A DNA stretch of 64,000 nt from the human T2T-CHM13v2.0 reference genome, Homo sapiens. The position numbers and the translations under genes are program-made. The DNA is taken from NCBI RefSeq assembly GCF_009914755.1, contig NC_060926.1; one strand, 5' to 3'. The notes beneath the pieces are model-generated. The model did no database searches, was not told the origin of the DNA, and worked only from the letters and a program-made list of their open reading frames with translations. Positions 55,818-64,000 of this stretch are shown here, in pieces; the first letter of the stretch is position 1; each line of letters opens with the position of its first letter.

Positions 55818-57021
55818 AAAGTATGGGCTCTGCTTAGTAACCTCCTTTCAAAGAGTGAAGCATGTAAAGGGGGAAGAGGGGGTGTGACTTTACAGGGGAG
55901 AAAACTGATGGACGGACACTACCTCAGACAGGGGATCAAGGAGAATGTCAATATTGATGTCATGTTGACAGAATGTACCCTTGATATGATGTGATGAGAA
56001 TAGCACTTTACCTTTGTGGTCTTCTTTCCCAAAACTCATAACCTCAGTCTAATCATGAGAAAAGCATAAGACAAATACCAATTAAGGGATATTCTAGAAA
56101 ATACCTGACCAGTACTTCTCAAAACTGTCAAGGAAATTAAAATAAGGAAAGTCTGAGATTGTCACAGCCAAAAGGATCCTAAGGAGACATGGTGACTAAA
56201 TGTAATATGGTATCCTGAATGGGATACCCTAGAACAGAAAAAGAAATTAAATAAAAACTAAGCGAATCTGAATAAAGTATGGACTTTGGTTAAAGGTAAT
56301 ATAATTGTGACAAATGTACCATAGCAATGTAAGTTGATAATATAGTAAGTAGGGTGTGAGGTTTATGAGAATTCTCTGTTTAGATTACCTTCACATTTTT
56401 TCTGTAAATTTAACGGTTCTCTAAATTAAAATGTATGTTTAAAAATTACTATTGGAGCTAAAATTTTTCAGCCTTTCTTTAAACATTTTAAAATAACATA
56501 AGTAGTACATGGTTATTGAACAAAAATTATAAAATAAAATAGGCAAAAAGAAAGTAAAAAAATCACCAAAATTTCAATTCTTAAAAATAACCACTGTTAA
56601 TATTTGGGGGTATTACTATTCAGACTTACACATATATATTTTTTCTTTATATTAGGATAATCCTATATGCACCATTTTGAATCCTGTGTTTTTTCACAAA
56701 AATATATATTTTCAATATCAATTCATTGTAAAAACAGACATCTTTATCATAATGTTTAATTATGACAGTATTCTATTTTGCCTTTGTAACGTGATTCATG
56801 TAACTAGTCTCCCTACTGAAGCATTAAATTATAGATTTCCCGCCAAACCCTTTGTAAGCATACTAATAAATTATTTCAGGTTAAAATCTTAGAAGCAGAT
56901 TGTTTAATTAAAAGATATGTTCTTTCTAAAGCTGTTTGATATATATTGATACGTTTCCTTACAGAGTGGTTATACAATTTTATACTCCTCCTAGCAGTAT
57001 AACTGCATGGACTTTTCTTTA

Positions 57022-57360
57022 TCTCTTAGTCTGTCTTGTGCCACTATAAGAAAATACCATATGCTGAACAATTTATAAAGAATGGAAATTTCTCACAGTT
57101 CTAGGGGGTGGAAGGTCCAAGATCAAGGCCCAAAGTCCAGGTTCATTGTCTGCTAAGGGTGCACTCTCTGCTTCCAAAATAGTGACTTAAACACTGTGTC
57201 CTCCAGAGCAGAACACTATGTCCTCAGATGGCAGAAGGCAGAAGAGCAAAAAGGGACAATCTTCCTCTGTCAAGCCTTTCTATAAGGGTATATACCTCAT
57301 CCCTTTCATGGGGTAGAGCCCTCTGGACTCAATCACCTCCTGAAGGCCACACCACCTAAG
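57022..57360 (-). mobile_element. MSTC/D-like MaLR LTR (truncated)
   Basis: tcttagtctg...aatttataaagaa...ctcacagttctagg...gtccaagatcaagg...aatcacctcctgaaggccacacc. Confidence 0.85.
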
Positions 57361-57467
57361 CGTACTCTCTTCAGAATTTAGAATTACATGCTTACAATAA
57401 AAAAAATAATTTTCCAATGTAGAAGAAAAAAAGATATTTGATTGTTATTTTAATTTGCATTTATTTA

Positions 57468-57505
57468 TTAGGTTGGTGCAAAAGTAATTGCGGTTTTTGC
57501 CATTA
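57468..57505. mobile_element. MADE1 (Hsmar1 MITE) single arm
   Basis: ttaggttggtgcaaaagtaattgcggtttttgccatta matches one Hsmar1/MADE1 TIR arm; preceded by TA; second arm absent. Confidence 0.92.
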
Positions 57506-59243
57506 GTGAGATTGAAGATGTATTCACATATTTAATGCTCATTTTCATTTATTTTGTGAATAGCCTCTATGTATCTTTTGCTTGTTTTTCTATGATTGTA
57601 TGTCTTTCATTTAATTTGTTAGAATTCTTTATATATTAACAAGAGTAGTTCTGATATAAATGCTACCAATATTTTTCCATTTAGTTTAAAATTTCTTATA
57701 ATTTTTTTCTTCTTTCCTTTCTTCCTTCCTTCTTCCCTTCCTCCCTCTCTGTCTCATTTTCTCTCCTTTTCTTTCCTTTCTTCTTTTTGCAATAAAGCCA
57801 ACTATATTAAGCATTTGTTTTATACTTGTACCTCATAATTTGTTGTTATTTGTTGTGAGGTAGGGATATAACATTTTTTTTCAAGAAAGTATTAACCAGC
57901 AATTCTAACACTTCTCATGGTACATCCTTTCCCTACTGATTTACAGTTTCACTGTATAATTTTAGACACTTGTTTCTATTTCTTGGTCTCCTAATGTCAT
58001 TTTTTAAATTTCAATGCCTCTTCCAGCATATGGAACATTTTTAATTTGTCATTTTCATTTTGATGACTAAATTGACAACTTCCTGAATCTTCCTGTTGCT
58101 TAGCAAACCTCAATAACCTTGAGAATGTGCAGATTTCAGGAAGTCTTTTCTTCTTTGACCACCTCCTGGGAGGAAGGGGGGCCTGGAATTTACTAATCTG
58201 AGTGGAGGTTTTAGTGTCAAATACTCTGGCCTTGGCCTTTGTGAAAGAGGAGACCATTTCCTGACCAATGATTGTCTAAATGTTAATTCCATTTTAAAAG
58301 TCAGACAATTTCGTGACCTGTTTGTTCAGATGTTAACACATGTTAAGTGCAATTGATTCTCTTGTTTTACGTTGTAGGCTTAACACTCAAGAGGTCAGGA
58401 AGGATTAGTCTCCATACCAATCTGCCCCATCCCATAGCAGTAGCACAGGATAGTCCCATGAAACTGGTCAAAAGCTTTCTCACTCTGAAAGTGAACACCA
58501 TTCACCCTTAAAGCATTTATTTTCTGCTATCAAGGCAAGCTTCTCTGGGCAGGAACATGCTTTGTTAAGACTTGTTAAATCTTAACATTTCTGAGAACTC
58601 TATTCCTCCCATGTTAACAGAAGTACTTTCTTAATCACCATTTCTATTAGTGGATGCATTACGTAAGATTGGAAAAATTTTAGGGATTTGAAATCTAAGC
58701 AGTTTTAAGTGACCCAATGGATCCATGGTAAGGCTGGATCTATGGATGAGCTTTTTTCTTTCTTTCTTTCTTTTTTGTCTTACCTTACTGTTTGCTCTAA
58801 GTTTTCCAGGAAAGCAGAATTTTATGTTTGAATTTGATGCTTCTATTTATTGAATGTACATGTTTCTTCTACACATGAAGTGGCTTAGTGGTTAAAGGTA
58901 TAGATAACTGAGTCAGATGGGACTCAAATTCTGGCTCCACTATTGCTAAGAATAATTATGGGAAATAAGGCAAAAGGATCACAATGATTTTTCAGTGTTA
59001 TACTACAGCATTGTCTAAAAGACCCACCCAAGGATTCTTTAATTACTGTTTTTGATTTACAATTCAGATCATCTGCCCAAATATTTTAGTCTTAGGGCCC
59101 TTTTACATTTTAATTAGTTATTAAGGACACCAAATAACTCTTATTTGTGTGAGTGTATTTATTGATATTCATCATATTAGAAATTAAAAGAGAGAAAATT
59201 TTAAAGTATTTATTAGTTCATGAAAAAATAATCATAGTGATAG

Positions 59244-59580
<337 letters not shown>

Positions 59581-59657
59581 AGGAATAACATATTTTAAGA
59601 AAAAATAACTATTAATATGTTTTCCAAAGCAAAAAATTTCGTAAGATGAATGGCATC

Positions 59658-60125
59658 TGATGGGAGTTCAGGACATGCTGCCTCAAAATATGGCACCTTG
59701 GCACTGAGAAAATAGAAACAATAAGGTCTCTCTGAGTTTCTCCCCTGAAGCGGGCAATAAAACCTCTGTGTATAGGTACCCTCCCTATATACAGAAGAAG
59801 CAAATGTCTTTATCTCTGAAGACATGGAAACACAAAGAAGAATCTGAACAAACAAGCCATGTTAAGTTCCTCCCAGTTTACCTTTAAATCATACTCTCTT
59901 TGTCTGATCATAGTTCTCCATAACTATCCACTTATTCATCAAAGTTAGCATGAAAATACCTAGGTTTCTCTATTTATTTGGGTCTTCATTACCTTATGAA
60001 GGCTCCCATGTCGCATAAAACTTAAATACATTTCTATGCTTTTCTCTTATCAATTGTCTTGTTATAGGGGCCTCAGCCATGAACCTAGCAATGAGTGAAA
60101 AAAGAAATCTCTTCTTTCCTATACA
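59658..60125 (+). mobile_element. ERV1 solo LTR, MER34-family-like
   Basis: tgatgggagttcaggacatgct...caaaatatggcaccttggca...agaagaatctgaacaaaca...ggcctcagccatgaaccta...cctataca. Confidence 0.7.
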
Positions 60126-60763
60126 TAGTTTTCTGTTTTTGCACTTCTCCTCAATTTTTACAAATAGAAGTAAACCGTGTTCTCATATCTGCTCCTGCAC
60201 TTAATCTGTTCCTGTATATTGTTTTGGTTGAAGTTTATAAAGAAAATTTGGCATCATAAAAGTATGTAGTTGGAAGAGTCTTTAATTGCATCTTCTGACA
60301 GTTGTGGATATTCTTTGTTAATACACTGAAACTATGCAAGCATTTGCTTGGAAAGATTAGTTGCAATGTGGAATCTGAAACCACATTAGTGAACTTTTTG
60401 CATTTCACATTAATGTATTGGTATATTTTGCAGTTTAAATGTGTTATTTGTGCATAATTTTGTACCATCATGCATTGTCATTTGGAAAATATTGATTTAT
60501 TAATTATGCAAATATTCTAAATGTTAATGCATTTCTTTATATCAAAAATTATAACTATTAATATCACTATTGATCTTATCAGATAAGTCTTTAACTATTA
60601 GGAAGCTATCAAGCTCATGGTTGCAGGCATACTTTTTCCAAAATTCTAATTTTAGCTTGAAAGTTCTAATTTTATCAAATCAACAAATATTGATAGTTTT
60701 TTTGAAGGGTCATAATTACTTTTTTCATATTTAAGAAAATGCCTACTGAATAGCTAGATCTGA

Positions 60764-61109
<346 letters not shown>

Positions 61110-61131
61110 AGAAAGTGATACTTTTATTTCA

Positions 61132-61212
61132 TGAAAATGAAATCTGAAAAGCATTAGCCAACCCACTCCTGAGCTCAGACTGCAAGGTTTACTTGCACTG
61201 ACTTCGTAAAAT
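61132..61212 (+). repeat. Dispersed direct repeat, copy 1 (other copy 62568-62650)
   Basis: gcattagccaacccactcctgagctcag.ctgcaaggtttacttg.actga shared; ~90% identity over ~80 bp. Confidence 0.93.
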
Positions 61213-61904
61213 GTCTAGGTCAGTTAACAACTTAAATAAAAGGGCTTCTCCTCAAGACTACTGTGGAATTTCACTAGGCAGCAGAAGTTTGTTATGTGTA
61301 CTTCTTATTTTGGAACATAGAATATTACAAAGATATATACTCAAAGTTTGAAATGTAATAAAATTAATGTTCTTATATTAAGGGCATCTTACACAAAACA
61401 ATTTTTTTTAAATCTGTGAATATCTGGTGGTAAAGAAGGTAATGGCTACCAGTAGAGTGGTGTTATCAATTTCACCCACCATTGTTCAATGTAAATTTCA
61501 ATTCAGTAAAAAGGAAAATAATAAGTCATTATTATTATAAAAGCAGTTTTGACCTGTAGGCCTCTGAAAGAGGTTCAGTTTTTCTAGAAGCTGGAGGATC
61601 ACAGTTTGAGATTTGATGACTTGTATTTTAGCATGTAGAGCCAGTAAAATAGCACGTAATTTCTTTCTGGTAAAGAACATAACCCTAAAATAATAGATTT
61701 ATTTTTCTATAAAGCATAAACTAGTTTGTCTCTAACTTAGCAAACTTATTTCTGCATGCTTTTCCTAAATGACTATATAACCTCTGTTTCTCAGATTCTC
61801 TTGAATCAGCTGCACTGTTCTGTTAGTTCTTTCATTAATGAGTTAAATATTAACACTTACATGTTCCCACCATATATTTGCTTAAGAATTATGTCTTACC
61901 TCTT

Positions 61905-62110
61905 AAAAATTATGTTTTGACACCACTTACTATGTGCTGTTGAGTATGTGGTTTAAATTCTCTATGCCTTATCTGTCAAATGGAAATATTTATAGCTACT
62001 ACATAGGGTTATTGTAATAAGCAAATGATTTAATACACGTACCACACTTAGAACAGTGTCTGGCATAGCATAAATACTGAACACTATATAAGTTTATCTA
62101 TTACTCTTTA
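61905..62110 (+). mobile_element. MIR SINE
   Basis: caccacttactatgtg...atctgtcaaatgg...catagggttattgt...cacttagaacagtgtctggcatag. Confidence 0.8.
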
Positions 62111-62567
62111 TATTATTAAGAAAAATTCTCTAATAAATGTTTTTAAATAGACATCTCCTCCACCCTAGGAAAAAACAATTAATTCTCATGTGACTAGTTT
62201 TGAAAACATGAAAACAGTCCAAAATTTTAGCATTTATACAAATGTTTAAAATAAACCTAACATCCCAAAAGACTATCTTGTCCTTTCTCTGATACATAAG
62301 GTGAGGTGAAACCAAAAGAACTACAAAAATCTCTGTACTTGGTGATCTTTCCCCAAGAGCAAATGCTGTGTAAAATAAGCCCTATACTCAGCTGAGGTGA
62401 GTCAATGGGGTTTGGTTTTCAGATAACTCTCCCCTCAAGTCCTGCTTTGCTTCTGTTGACTCAGTTATTTGCCAATTATTGGATGAGTGCAAAACATCTG
62501 AGAATGACAGAAACAAACCTTCAGTGAAGTTATGCAGTTCCAGTCATGATGTAGCCAGAAAATGCAC

Positions 62568-62650
62568 TGAAAATGGAATCTGAAAGGCATTAGCCAACCC
62601 ACTCCTGAGCTCAGGCTGCAAGGTTTACTTGTACTGATATTCATAAAAAT
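62568..62650 (+). repeat. Dispersed direct repeat, copy 2
   Basis: Matches 61132-61212. Confidence 0.93.
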
Positions 62651-63129
62651 AGTTTAAGTATGAATCAGGGAAGAGTAACTATTTTAAAGCTGCCAATAGT
62701 TTCTTTTTATTGCTTGAGGTAGAGTGAAGTAGAGAGTTGAAAATTGTTAAAGTAGGAATATTTTGCATTTTGTTTTAAACATAGAATTTGTCATGGGGTA
62801 GATCTTTCCTTCCTTCCTTCCAAAAGGCATCATTTTAGCCAGTGTTTTCTAGCCTTGTAGATGCAAAGTCATTATACTGGCAAAAACAAATCCAAAGGCA
62901 GAGACTGCAGACTGAGATGTTATTCCATTATTGATTCAAACTGCTGTCTTGGCCTTTGCTGAGATGAGTATGGCTCTGTGTACTTGTTCTTTCTCTCCCA
63001 GAGGCCTGAGAGAGGGCAGGACTCCTGGACTTCATAAAAGAAAGGAACAGGGAGTAACTCAATCTTTTTTTCTTAAACTGGTCAATTTTTGTTTATTGAT
63101 AGTTTTAAAAAGTTTCTTTCAGTGTTGTA

Positions 63130-63850
63130 ACTTCATATTGTCAATGCCATATAAATTATTCAAATAGTTGCCAAATTTACAAAAACTTCTCTTCAGTTTG
63201 TTAATGTTTGTAAGATTTTAGAGAATTTCAAATTTTTTTGAACAGCAACTAATCTGAAATACTCTTTCAATTGATAATGCTCATTGATCAGTTTGTCAAC
63301 AATGTTCTCATTTTATGATTTATTGTGAGTTTTATATTATCTGATATGTGTTTTGTCAAATCAAAAATGTAAAGCTTTTAAAATTTGTTCACATAGTTCC
63401 CTCCTCCCCACTAATGAAATCATTAAATAATCGAAGGACCTCCTAATACTTCTTTGTAAAATGTATCGTTTCGTCCAAATGACTGTTCCTTTTGGCATGA
63501 TCCAAAAAATATTTTGTTACAACTTACTTTTTGTAGTTAGAATAATTTCTATCAATTTTGTTGCTCCTATGTATTGCTTCTGTTTCATATTTCATCTGAC
63601 TTTTTTCTTTGAACAATAAATTGAAGGGTGAAAACATAAGGTACTCTTCATATATATCTAAACCAAGATTCACTTGTTTTATTGAAATGGTCCAAAATAT
63701 TATTTCAAATTGCTATTACTTAGTGTAATCAAGTTTTGTCAACTTTGTGAATATCACTTATATACAGATGGTAGTCTTTAAAATGTTGAAGCACATTGCA
63801 AGAACTAGACAACTTTGTAACAAGCAGACTCTTATTTTTCATTTAGACTT
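63130..63850 (-). mobile_element. Very old L1 fragments
   Basis: Degenerate L1 antisense text (gttttgtcaactttgtgaatatca...tcttgagcac-like motifs); low certainty. Confidence 0.4.
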
Positions 63851-63876
63851 GGTGATGAAAAATCAATATTAGAATG

Positions 63877-64000
63877 AGTCTTAGTCTGTTTTCTTTTGCT
63901 ATAACAGATTACCAATGACTGGGTAATTTATAAAGAAAAGAAATTTATTTTTTGCAATGCTGAAGGCTGGGAAGTCTAAGATCAAGGGCCCATATCTGGT
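63877..64000 (-). mobile_element. MST-family MaLR LTR, cut by the window edge
   Basis: gtcttagtctgtttt...gactgggtaatttataaagaaaagaaatttattt...ggctgggaagtctaagatcaaggg. Confidence 0.88.

Larger units (their letters stand above)
56480..57990 (-). mobile_element. Very old L1 (L1ME-like) 3' fragments
   Basis: aaataaccactgttaatatttggggg...gttattttaatttgcattt...tttgttagaattctttatatatta...tgtgaggtagggat. Confidence 0.6.

Overview
This window is primate, most likely human, non-coding genomic DNA. It is AT-rich, CpG-depleted and roughly half interspersed repeats: about 15 Alus (J, S and Y lineages), old L1M/L2/MIR relics, MaLR and ERV1 solo LTRs, a decayed ERVL-type internal region, and Tigger/Charlie/MADE1 DNA-transposon fossils. 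I see no intact protein-coding gene, RNA gene or prokaryotic system; the ORF track is explained by Alu, L1, ERV and low-complexity sequence or chance. The most notable unexplained structures are: two 80-90 bp locally templated duplications with donors 1.2-1.4 kb downstream; a ~330 bp diverged fold-back palindrome; a candidate recursive-splice (AG|GTAAGT) site with neighbouring cryptic exons on the + strand; a GC-rich probable retrocopy fragment; several repeat-free enhancer-like blocks; and a very young AluY. Repeat subfamily names come from my recall of consensus sequences, not from a RepeatMasker run. I cannot identify the locus.
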